Source of the DNA: Acidobacteriaceae bacterium
GTDB taxonomy: Bacteria > Acidobacteriota > Terriglobia > Terriglobales > Acidobacteriaceae
NCBI GenBank assembly: GCA_030041515.1
Contig: JASHNS010000042.1
Span: 24,067-88,066, forward strand
Reading direction: 5' to 3'
DNA length: 64,000 nt
In this document: positions 27,065-35,481 of the stretch, piece after piece
How positions within the stretch are numbered: the stretch's first letter is position 1
Layout: every line of letters begins with the position of its first letter
Position numbers and translations under genes: made by a program
The notes under the pieces: generated by a model
Database searches by the model: none
Told to the model about the DNA's origin: nothing
The model's input: only the letters and a program-made list of their open reading frames with translations

Positions 27065-28339
27065 TCACACGGCCGGGGTGCCGGCAATGGTCCGGCGTAC
27101 GCTTTCCCTGAGCTTCGAGCAGAGCGTTGCCACCTGGTCGATCGGCACTTCGCCCTGGGCGAGGTCCGGCGATCCGCCGCCGCGCAGGCCCATTTCCGCC
27201 AGCGCCTCCCGCAGCATCCGGCCGCAGTCGAGCTCCAGGCTGAGGCTGCGCGACATCACCACCCGCGCCGGATTGGCCTCCTCCGCGCAAAGGATCACCA
27301 CGGTCTCCGGGGCAGCCATCGCGGTTCGCGCCGCCAGCATTTTCACGTATTCCCGGTCGCGGTCTTTCCACGAGCGCACGACGAGGCGCAACCCCTCTTC
27401 AATCGGCACTTCAACCGCCAGGCGCGAGGCATGGTACGAAGCCAGCTCCTCCCGCAGGTGCTGCCGCTCTTTGGCTCCGCTTTTGCTTTCCGCCAGCAAC
27501 CGCGCAATCGCCGCGGGAACGTCCACGGCGCCCACGGACAGGGCGCCTGCGGCCTCCGAGAGCAACGCCAGATCGGCCCGCGCCGATCGCACTGCGCGCA
27601 GCCCGCAGACAAATTCCACGCGTGCGCCGCGACTCACCTTCTCGACGCTGCGCACGTGCAGTCCGCCAATTTGGCCGGTGGAACGAACATGTGTCCCTCC
27701 GCAGGCATTCCGGTCGCAGTCGGCGATAGTGACGAGACGAATCTCTCCTTCACGCTCCGGCAGCTTGCGCAGGACGCCGGCCGCCAACATGGTTTCCGCC
27801 TCGGCGCGGGCAACGTGGCTGACGGTCACCGGGCGATCCTCCGCAATGATCTGGTTCACCACGCGCTCCACGCGTTCCAGGCTGTGGCGCGCGGGCACGC
27901 TGCCCGCGAGATCGATCGTGGAGACGCTCTCGCCGAGGTGAAACGACACCGTCGGCAGCTGCAGCTCTTTCTGGAACACGGCGGACAGCAGATGCTGCCC
28001 GGTGTGCTGCTGCATGTGGTCGAAGCGGCGCTCCCAGTCGATCTGCCCCCGCACCTCCGTCCCTGCCGTCAGCGGCTTGCGGACAAAGTGCCAGACCTGG
28101 CCCTGGTCGTCCTCTTCCACTTGCTCGACCGGAACCTCCAGGGCCGCCCCACCCCGCGCGACGGCGGTGAGCGTGCCCTGGTCCATGGGCTGGCCGCCGC
28201 TGGTCGGATAGAAGGCTGTCCGGTTCAGGGCCAGTTGCCACACGGATTCGCCGTCACGCCGGGAGACTTCGCGCACATCCGTCACAACGGCATCGAATGC
28301 AGTCAGAAATGAATCTGCATAGTACAGACGCTCGGACAT
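27065..28339 (-). CDS. alaX: AlaX-L type alanyl-tRNA editing protein (AlaRS editing domain plus DHHA1-like domain, no synthetase core)
   Basis: ATG 28339 (MSERLYYADSF...). Zinc motifs are HMQQHTGQH (HxxxH) and NACGGTH (CxxxH). The C-terminal region carries GLRGGGSPDLAQG. The 104-aa upstream extension in the track is unsupported. Confidence 0.8.
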   Translation of the reverse strand: MSERLYYADSFLTAFDAVVTDVREVSRRDGESVWQLALNRTAFYPTSGGQPMDQGTLTAVARGGAALEVPVEQVEEDDQGQVWHFVRKPLTAGTEVRGQIDWERRFDHMQQHTGQHLLSAVFQKELQLPTVSFHLGESVSTIDLAGSVPARHSLERVERVVNQIIAEDRPVTVSHVARAEAETMLAAGVLRKLPEREGEIRLVTIADCDRNACGGTHVRSTGQIGGLHVRSVEKVSRGARVEFVCGLRAVRSARADLALLSEAAGALSVGAVDVPAAIARLLAESKSGAKERQHLREELASYHASRLAVEVPIEEGLRLVVRSWKDRDREYVKMLAARTAMAAPETVVILCAEEANPARVVMSRSLSLELDCGRMLREALAEMGLRGGGSPDLAQGEVPIDQVATLCSKLRESVRRTIAGTPAV

Positions 28340-28511
28340 AAATGCCTCAGATTTCGCCAACGGGCACGGATGATCCCGTGACACGTCGGGGTGGACTGCC
28401 CCGGGGAAGGACTGGATATAGTGTAGTTCGAGACCACGTTTCCGCCGCAGGGCAAAATACGCGAAGGTGTACTCCGGAGTTTCGCTTCCGGCCTCCCGGG
28501 CCCCTCCCGAC

Positions 28512-29750
28512 ATGGACACTGCACTGATCTGGATCATCTCGCTGGCGAGCATCGCTCTGATGCTGGTGCGCCCCCGCGACCTCGCCGAATCCATCTGGGC
28601 CGGCTCCGGCGCTGTGTTGCTCCTGGCGCTCCGGCTAATCTCCCCCGGCACAGCCCTTCGCGCCGTGCACGAGGGGCTGGATGTCTGCCTGTTCCTGGCC
28701 GGGATGATGATCCTGGCCGAGCTGGCGCGCGGGGAAGGCGTTTTCGACTGGGTTGCGGAGATCGCCGTCGCGCACTCACGCGGCTCAGCTTCCCGGCTTT
28801 TCTTCTGGGTCTATGCGTCGGGGGTGGTGGTCACGGCGCTGCTTTCGAACGACGCAACCGCAGTCGTGCTTACCCCGGCAGTACTGGCCGCCGTGCGCCG
28901 CGCCCGCGTCGATGCACGCCCGCATCTTCTGGCCTGCGCGCTGGTCGCAAATGCGGCAAGCTTTCTGCTGCCGATCTCGAATCCCGCCAACCTCGTGGTC
29001 TTTGCCTCGCATCTGCCGGCGCTCGGCGCGTGGCTGCGTGGCCAGTTGCTGCCGTCGCTGGTTTCGATCGTCGTTACGTTCCTTGTGCTGCGTGTGGTAT
29101 CGCGCCGACGCCTGGCCCAGCCTGTCACAGCCATCGACGAAGTCCGCAGGCTCACGCGCGCCGGCCGGTTCGCCCTGGCGGGAATTCTTCTGGCGGGGGC
29201 GGCCATGCTTGTCGCCTCGGGACTCGGCATTCCTCTGGGATGGCCGACGTTCGCCGCTGCCGGGGTTGCAATGGTCCTGGTAGCCACCCAGGATCGATCC
29301 GCCCCGCTCACCGCGGTCCGGCACGCCTCGTGGAGCGTTCTGCCGCTGGTGGCGGCCCTGTTTGTGCTGGTGGCGGCCCTGAATCAGGCAGGCATGATGC
29401 ACGGCGCTGAGGCCGCAATGGCATGGATGGGAGGGGAGCCACACCAGGCTGCGAAATTCGCGGGTGCCTTCGCCGTGGCTCTGCTTTCGAACCTCATGAA
29501 CAATCTGCCGGTCGGCCTTGCGGCGGGCGCAGCGCTTCGTCACGCGGGCCACGCGGGATTGCTGGCGCGGGCGGTGCTGATTGGGGTGGATCTGGGTCCC
29601 AACCTCTCGGTGACCGGTTCTCTGGCCACGATCCTGTGGCTCATCGCGCTGCGCCGCGAGAAGGCGGAGATCACGGCGGGGCAATTCCTGAAAGTCGGCC
29701 TCCTGGTGATGCCGGCCGCTCTCGCGCTCGCGCTTCTCGTTCTTCGTTAG
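28512..29750 (+). CDS. ArsB/NhaD superfamily (SLC13-like) anion permease
   Basis: ATG 28512. It is a polytopic membrane protein with the family motifs LSNDATAVVLTP and LLPISNPANLVV. Confidence 0.75.
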   Translation: MDTALIWIISLASIALMLVRPRDLAESIWAGSGAVLLLALRLISPGTALRAVHEGLDVCLFLAGMMILAELARGEGVFDWVAEIAVAHSRGSASRLFFWVYASGVVVTALLSNDATAVVLTPAVLAAVRRARVDARPHLLACALVANAASFLLPISNPANLVVFASHLPALGAWLRGQLLPSLVSIVVTFLVLRVVSRRRLAQPVTAIDEVRRLTRAGRFALAGILLAGAAMLVASGLGIPLGWPTFAAAGVAMVLVATQDRSAPLTAVRHASWSVLPLVAALFVLVAALNQAGMMHGAEAAMAWMGGEPHQAAKFAGAFAVALLSNLMNNLPVGLAAGAALRHAGHAGLLARAVLIGVDLGPNLSVTGSLATILWLIALRREKAEITAGQFLKVGLLVMPAALALALLVLR

Positions 29751-29759
29751 GCCTGCGTT

Positions 29760-29765
29760 TATAAT
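29760..29765 (+). promoter_or_regulatory. Consensus -10 box (TATAAT) 14 nt upstream of the fabZ ATG (near-leaderless transcript)
   Basis: TATAAT is at 29760-29765. There is no Shine-Dalgarno between it and ATG 29780. Confidence 0.35.
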
Positions 29766-29779
29766 CGCCCCTGCGCGCT

Positions 29780-30292
29780 ATGGAGAACTCGAACCCGATC
29801 CTGAACGGCCAGCAGGTGCTCGAAGTCACCGACATCATGGGCATTCTGCCGCATCGCTACCCTTTTCTGTTCATCGACCGGATTCTGGAAGTCGAGCGAA
29901 AGAAGCGCATCGTGGCCATCAAGAATGTCTCGATCAACGAGCCGTTCTTTCAGGGACATTTCCCTGGCTTTCCGATCATGCCGGGCGCGCTGGTCGTGGA
30001 GTCGATCGCGCAGGCCGGTGGCACGCTGCTGCTTCCCGAGGTTCCAGACCGGCAGAACAAGCTGATGGTCTTTACGTCGATCGAGCGCGCCAAATTTCGC
30101 CGGCCCGTCTTGCCCGGCGATCAGCTTCGCATCGAGATCAACGTCCTGAACTGGCGGTCGCGCGCGGTCAAGATGGAGGGCAGGGTGACCGTCCAGGGCC
30201 AGCTGGCCTGCGAAGCGATCGTGATGTGCCAGCTCGTTCCGCGGCCCGGCGGTCCGGCCGAATCCGCGCCTCAGGCGGTGGCGCAGGAGTGA
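29780..30292 (+). CDS. fabZ: 3-hydroxyacyl-ACP dehydratase FabZ
   Basis: Signature motifs are LPHRYPFLFIDRI and FFQGHFPGFPIMPGALVVESIAQ. Confidence 0.95.
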   Translation: MENSNPILNGQQVLEVTDIMGILPHRYPFLFIDRILEVERKKRIVAIKNVSINEPFFQGHFPGFPIMPGALVVESIAQAGGTLLLPEVPDRQNKLMVFTSIERAKFRRPVLPGDQLRIEINVLNWRSRAVKMEGRVTVQGQLACEAIVMCQLVPRPGGPAESAPQAVAQE

Positions 30293-31065
30293 GCATTCAT
30301 CCCACGGCCATTGTTGCTCCGGGCGCCGTCGTTCCAGGCTCCTGTTCGGTGGGGCCATGGTGCACCGTTGGCCCGCATGTGGTGCTGGGTGAGGACTGCG
30401 AGCTGGTTTCGCATGTCGTCCTGGACGGCCATCTGACCGCGGGCGCACGCAATCGCTTTTATTCGTTTTCATGCGTGGGCGTCTCGCCGCAGGATCTGAA
30501 GTATCGCGGCGAGCCCACGGGTGTCGCCCTGGGCGACGATAATACGATCCGCGAATCCGTCACCATCTCGCGAGGCACCGAAGGCGGCGGCGGCATGACG
30601 CGGGTGGGAAGCCATTGCCTCATCATGGCCTACACGCACATCGGCCATGACAGCGTGATTGGCGATCACTGCATCCTGGCCAATGCTGCGACGCTGGCGG
30701 GGCATGTCACGGTTGAGGATTACGCAACGGTGGGGGCCCTTTGCCCGGTCCATCAGTTTTGCCGAATCGGCCGTTACGCCTATATCGGCGGAGGCACAAC
30801 GATTACCCAGGATGTGCTGCCTTTCTCGCTGACCTCTGCAAAACGCGAAGTTCACGCGTACAGCGTGAACAAAGTTGGCCTGGAGAGGCGGGGTTTCGAC
30901 CGGCAGAGGGTACGCGCCATCCACCATGCCTATCGTCTGCTGCTGGCCTCGAAGATGAACGTCGCTCAGGCGCTGGAAACGCTGCGCTCGGAAGGCATCG
31001 ATTCGCCGGACGTTCAGTATCTGGTGGATTTCATCGCGGGGTCGGAGCGAGGGATCATTCGATAG
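30289..31065 (+). CDS. lpxA: Acyl-ACP--UDP-N-acetylglucosamine O-acyltransferase LpxA
   Basis: GTG 30289 overlaps the fabZ stop (GTGA). It has left-handed beta-helix hexapeptide repeats, plus the LpxA C-terminal helical domain (NKVGLERRGFDRQRVRAIHHAYRLL). Confidence 0.9.
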   Translation: MSIHPTAIVAPGAVVPGSCSVGPWCTVGPHVVLGEDCELVSHVVLDGHLTAGARNRFYSFSCVGVSPQDLKYRGEPTGVALGDDNTIRESVTISRGTEGGGGMTRVGSHCLIMAYTHIGHDSVIGDHCILANAATLAGHVTVEDYATVGALCPVHQFCRIGRYAYIGGGTTITQDVLPFSLTSAKREVHAYSVNKVGLERRGFDRQRVRAIHHAYRLLLASKMNVAQALETLRSEGIDSPDVQYLVDFIAGSERGIIR

Positions 31066-31099
31066 ACCGAATTCACGGCCGCTTTAAACGAAAGTGTGG

Positions 31100-31142
31100 A
31101 AAAAGCAAAAGGTTGCCGGGGGTAACCCCTGCTACAGCAACC
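31100..31142 (-). terminator. Second minus-strand intrinsic terminator about 160 nt downstream of the skp terminator
   Basis: The minus-strand RNA is GGUUGC-UGUAGCAGGGGUUACCCCCG-GCAACC followed by UUUUGCUUUUU. Confidence 0.5.
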
Positions 31143-31298
31143 GGGCGCCGGGGGTGCCCATAAGCTGACTAGTTATTGAAAACGCAAGGGATGTTTAGTT
31201 TCTGCCGATTGGACATCAATCAAGATGGGTTGAACAAGCCATCAACATCCGGCAGCGCAAACATCTTCCACATTTTTTTCCACAGTGAGAGACGGCGC

Positions 31299-31344
31299 GA
31301 AAAAGCGCCCGGAACCGACGGCCCTAACGGCCGCCGGCGGGCGC
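31299..31344 (-). terminator. Rho-independent terminator after skp
   Basis: The minus-strand stem is GCGCCCG...CGGGCGC with an inner helix, followed by UUUUUCGC, 25 nt after the skp stop. Confidence 0.7.
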
Positions 31345-31368
31345 TTTCTCCTGGTCAGCGGCGTGGTT

Positions 31369-31992
31369 TCAGTGGGTGGTGGGGGCTGGCTTTCTGGCCG
31401 CCGGATTCGGCGCTGGAGCCGAGGGCACAGGAGCCGGGACGCCGGACTGTGCGTTGTACGCCGCAGTCACGTCGGAGGTGATGTCCGTCGTGGGCTGGAA
31501 CCAAAAGACCGGGCTGTTCTGCTGGCTGGCATCGAGCACCAGTCCAAAGCCCTTCTGCTTGGCGAAGGTCGACATCGTGTTGAAGACCTTCTGGCCCACC
31601 TGCTGGAAAGTCTCCTGCCCATCCGACTGCTCGTCGTTACGGAGATCCTCGGCGCCGCGCTGCAGGTTCTTCGTGTCGTCGTCGATTTCCTTCAGCTTCG
31701 ATTGGCGCTCGGCATCGGTGAGGGTGGCGCCGGAACCCTGCAACTGCTTCTTCAGGGCCTCGATCTTGTCGTTGAGCTGTTGCAGCGTCTGCTCGCGGGG
31801 CGCGTACTTTTTCTGGAGGTCGGCGAAATCGCGCTGGAACTCGTTGGTCTGAGCGACCGCCTGCTGGAAATTGATGATCGCCACTCTGGTGGTGCCGGTG
31901 GCGGGTGCAGGCTTAGCCGGGGCAGCCTGAGCAAACGCGCTGACGCCCAGGCCGGACGCAAGCACGCAAACGAGAGACAACATACGCTTCAT
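31369..31992 (-). CDS. skp: OmpH/Skp family periplasmic chaperone
   Basis: ATG 31992 is preceded by AAGGAG. It has a signal peptide (MKRMLSLVCVLASGLGVSAFA), the coiled-coil OmpH pattern (RVAIINFQQAV...FQRDFADLQKKY), and a Pro-rich tail. It lies directly downstream of bamA. Confidence 0.85.
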   Translation of the reverse strand: MKRMLSLVCVLASGLGVSAFAQAAPAKPAPATGTTRVAIINFQQAVAQTNEFQRDFADLQKKYAPREQTLQQLNDKIEALKKQLQGSGATLTDAERQSKLKEIDDDTKNLQRGAEDLRNDEQSDGQETFQQVGQKVFNTMSTFAKQKGFGLVLDASQQNSPVFWFQPTTDITSDVTAAYNAQSGVPAPVPSAPAPNPAARKPAPTTH

Positions 31993-32231
31993 GGATTTCG
32001 CAAACTCCTTCAGTTTTCCTGGTAGCCTCACTCCTGCTCCCCGAAAATCACCGGAGCAGGCTTCCGGCATCGATTGTCCCGGCCGGGAAGGCAAATTCGG
32101 CGGAACGGTAGTAGCGTTCAGGAACTTGAGCGAATTATAGGGCGCGCGTGCAGGGCCGTCAATCAGCCCTGTGGGGTCTCCCGCGCTCTGCAAAAGCCGC
32201 CCTCCAGCCTTCGCCATGGCAATACGCAACA

Positions 32232-35105
32232 TCAGAATGTGGTACTCACCGTCAGGCGGAATGTCTTGCTCGGCTCGCGGAGGACGTACAGGCCGTTGTA
32301 CAACTGCTCAGCTTCCTGGTAGGAGAAGGTACCGGCTCCGGTTCCGGGGAACATGCTGCGCGTGATGAGGTTGGGGCGCGTGATGGAGTCGTACAGCTTC
32401 AGGGGATTGACGGCGTAGTAGATCCGGAAGGGCGCGCGAATGATCGGCATCATCACGTCGAGCTCGCCGCCGACCGAATCACGAGGCACGTAATTGGTCC
32501 CGCCGATGGGCTCGATGATGTGGTCGAAGTGGATCTGCTGGCCGCCCTGGCAGGTTCCGTTCACGTAGTTGGGGCAGCCATAGAGCGGCGCGTTCAGCGC
32601 GTCGATTCCTTCCGGACTCTCGAGCAGCTGATTCCTGTCGACCGCCATGTTCATGCCGAAATCGTTGAACAGGTTGAAGGCGACGGTGCGGCCGTAGATC
32701 GGGATCACATACTCCATGTTGTTGGTGAAGTTTGTGTCACCGCCGATGGTGGCAATGCCGTACACCGGAATGGGTACCTGGATATCTCCGAGGGTTGGGT
32801 TGGTAGGATCGCGGGGCACTGGGCTGCCGTCGGGATTGACGAGAGTGAACATCACCCGCGTGGGCACATACCCGTAAGGAGAGACGGTGCGATCGTCGAA
32901 TCCGCGGAGATCGGCCTCGCCACCGGCAACCGGCCGGTCGAAGGGCGGCGCCACGTCGCCGCTGAATCCGGCGATATAGGTCAGCTGCATGCGAATGCCG
33001 AAGGTGTTTCGGCCCTGCTTGTTGAACCAGAAGCCCTTGACGGGCGCGTAGCGCTTGTATTCCACCACCGGCCGCACGTAGCGCACGCTGCCCCAGATGC
33101 CGGCCAGCTGCACGCTCGCGGCCAGGGACTGCCCGGTATGGGGCAGGAAGGTGCTGTCCACATTGCTGGAACTGTAGCTGAAGAGCACTGAGCTGTTGAT
33201 GATCCCTTCCAGCGAGTTCTGCCCCTGAATGCCGCTGCGGAAGGCCAGGGTCTGGAAGAGGTTGGTGGAGGCTGCGTTGAACGCCCGCACCGACGAGCTG
33301 TCCCAGGAGTAGGTGCCGCCCACGCGCGAAAAGCCGAAGAGGTTGAAATGCCGCAGCGGATAGCTGATCGACATGGTGAAGCCTTTTCGCGACTGGTTGT
33401 AGTTCTGCAGCAGCGACGTTTCCGCGGCGCTCAGATTCGGATTCGCGCTGCCGGTGAGCGAGTAGCTCTTGGAGGCGTTGTAATCGGTTTTCTGGTCGAA
33501 GATCTGGAAGCCGAGGTTGAGCGGCTTGTTGCGGATGTAGGGCTCGTCGAAGGAGAAGCCGAGGTTTTTCGCGAGGCTGCCGGCGTTCGCCTGCACGCTC
33601 AGCGTCTCACCCAGTCCGAGGAAGTTATTGGTTGAATAGTTGAGACCGAGAAAGGCTCCGGAATAGCCGCTGACGCCGCCGTTCAGGCCGATCTCGTTCT
33701 TGCCCTTTTCCTGCACCTTGAGCAGCAGGTCGACGGTGCCGTTTTCCGTATCCTGGTGGGTCTCGGAATCCTGATCCACCTTCAGCGGATTGAAATAATC
33801 CAGCTGATTCAGCCGCAGCAGGCTGAGCTCCCACAGGTGACTGTTGTAGACCTGGCCTTCCTGGAGCAGCAGCTCGCGGCGAATCACGAAATCGCGGGTG
33901 ATGGTGTTGCCCTGGAACTCGATGCGCGAGACGGTGAACTGCTTGCCTTCATCGATGTCGATCTCCCACTTCACGGTGTGGTTCGCCTCGTCGAAGGTGG
34001 GGTTGGGCACGGGCGTCATGTTGATGTAGCCGAGCTGGCCGTAGGCCTTGCGCAGGTTGTCCAGCCCCTTGCGGAAGGCGGTCATGTTAAACCAGTCGCC
34101 ATCTTTCATGTTGAAGATAGCGCGCAGAGCCTTCGTGTTCGTGACCTGCTTGTTGCCGACGAAAGTGATCCCCGCGAGGCGGTAGCGCTCGCCCTCTTCG
34201 ATATCCATGTGGATGTCGATGCGCTTACCCTTGCGCGGACGGAAAGTCAGCAGCGACAGCCCCGACTCGTTGCGCAGATGCGTGGTGGGGGCGCCGACCG
34301 GGCCGCCGCGCAGATACCCGCGATCTTCATACGCCGCCCGCACCCGCTCCGAGTCCTCTTCCAGCTTGCTGGCATCGTAGGTGCGCGCGAAGAGGTTCTC
34401 GAGGAAGATGGAGTGCGGAATCCCGATCGGCCGCAGGTTCACCATCGCCCGCCGCAGGACTCGCGAGCTCACGTGCTGGTTTCCGCTGAAGGTAATTTTG
34501 CCGACCTTGACGGTGGGCCCTTCTTTCACCTGGAACACCAGGTCGACCGTAGCCGGGGGAATGTCCTTCACCTCCGGGCGGACCGTCGCGAACTGGTGGC
34601 CGTGCTCGGCCTCCATCTGCTCGATCACGGTCACCGCGTGCGCAATGCGTGCCGGGTCGTACTGGCTCTCCGGAGTCAGGCCCACCTTCTCCTTCTTGTA
34701 CCGGTCCATGATGTCGGACTCGGTAATGGAGTTCAGGCCTTTGTAGCTGATGTCGCGAATCAGGGGCTTTTCCCGTACGTAAACATCCAGGATCACGCCC
34801 TGGGGCGTATCTTCCTTCTCGATCCGCACATCCTCGAAATAACCCGTGTTCCACAGCGAGTTGAAGTCACGCTCCACGGTCAGCGGATCGTACGGCTCAC
34901 CCACATGGCTGAACATGCGGGCCTTGACCGCTTCCTGGGGGATGCGGCGTGTGCCGATGACTCGGATTTCGATAATGGTATTCGGCGAGCTGGCTGCTGC
35001 CTGAGCGCCCGCATCCGGCGCCGCCTGCGCGGTGAGCGGGGTAGCCCCGAATCCACCGGCAATGACCACGGCCAACACCAGGGCCTGCCCCAAAAGACGG
35101 CGCAT
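32232..35105 (-). CDS. bamA: Outer membrane protein assembly factor BamA
   Basis: ATG 35105 gives a signal peptide (MRRLLGQALVLAVVIAGGFGATPLTAQA). This is followed by POTRA repeats (IIEIRVIGTRRIPQEAV..., ITFSGNQHVSS..., ITFVGNKQVTN..., IEFQGNTITRD) and a 16-strand barrel ending ...RLTVSTTF. Confidence 0.9.
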   Translation of the reverse strand: MRRLLGQALVLAVVIAGGFGATPLTAQAAPDAGAQAAASSPNTIIEIRVIGTRRIPQEAVKARMFSHVGEPYDPLTVERDFNSLWNTGYFEDVRIEKEDTPQGVILDVYVREKPLIRDISYKGLNSITESDIMDRYKKEKVGLTPESQYDPARIAHAVTVIEQMEAEHGHQFATVRPEVKDIPPATVDLVFQVKEGPTVKVGKITFSGNQHVSSRVLRRAMVNLRPIGIPHSIFLENLFARTYDASKLEEDSERVRAAYEDRGYLRGGPVGAPTTHLRNESGLSLLTFRPRKGKRIDIHMDIEEGERYRLAGITFVGNKQVTNTKALRAIFNMKDGDWFNMTAFRKGLDNLRKAYGQLGYINMTPVPNPTFDEANHTVKWEIDIDEGKQFTVSRIEFQGNTITRDFVIRRELLLQEGQVYNSHLWELSLLRLNQLDYFNPLKVDQDSETHQDTENGTVDLLLKVQEKGKNEIGLNGGVSGYSGAFLGLNYSTNNFLGLGETLSVQANAGSLAKNLGFSFDEPYIRNKPLNLGFQIFDQKTDYNASKSYSLTGSANPNLSAAETSLLQNYNQSRKGFTMSISYPLRHFNLFGFSRVGGTYSWDSSSVRAFNAASTNLFQTLAFRSGIQGQNSLEGIINSSVLFSYSSSNVDSTFLPHTGQSLAASVQLAGIWGSVRYVRPVVEYKRYAPVKGFWFNKQGRNTFGIRMQLTYIAGFSGDVAPPFDRPVAGGEADLRGFDDRTVSPYGYVPTRVMFTLVNPDGSPVPRDPTNPTLGDIQVPIPVYGIATIGGDTNFTNNMEYVIPIYGRTVAFNLFNDFGMNMAVDRNQLLESPEGIDALNAPLYGCPNYVNGTCQGGQQIHFDHIIEPIGGTNYVPRDSVGGELDVMMPIIRAPFRIYYAVNPLKLYDSITRPNLITRSMFPGTGAGTFSYQEAEQLYNGLYVLREPSKTFRLTVSTTF

Positions 35106-35207
35106 CTTCCAGCCTGCAACGTGCGGGGAGCCTGGGCTCCAGAAGTTCACGGAAAAAATAGGCACACCCTCACTGCTCAAGATCCAGCCAATCTTTGGGA
35201 AAAGGCG

Positions 35208-35216
35208 ATTATATCA
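35208..35216 (-). promoter_or_regulatory. Extended -10 promoter candidate (TGATATAAT) for bamA-skp
   Basis: On the minus strand, TGA plus TATAAT sits about 100 nt upstream of the bamA ATG. Confidence 0.45.
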
Positions 35217-35481
35217 GCGCAAATCGTGGGGATGCCCGTCCAACCGTCCGTTCCAACCGCTGCGCCAGCCCCGGCGCCCAAAGGCAGCTCCATTCCCCAC
35301 TCCAACCACACGCACCGGAACTGCTCCTGACCGGTCCGCACCCGAATTACTTGCCGCAAAACCGCGAATCCAATCCATCCAGGTCCTGCCCGCGCTCACA
35401 GCCCGGACTCTGTTTCGTCGAGGCACGGCATCTCTGAAATTGGTTTTAGTCTATCGGAATCGCTGGTGGTTCGGGTGTGGA

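Noticed and set aside
31176-31481. A 101-aa plus-strand ORF in the lpxA-skp gap.
   Set aside because: It has a non-ATG start and no ribosome-binding site. It runs through two terminator hairpins and antisense into skp, and its product is low-complexity.
35240-35310. Three copies of TCCAACC(G/A) in the gap between bamA and the Mo-oxidoreductase.
   Set aside because: This is a short 8-mer in a C-rich stretch with irregular spacing (13 and 48 nt). It cannot be distinguished from chance without genome-wide statistics.
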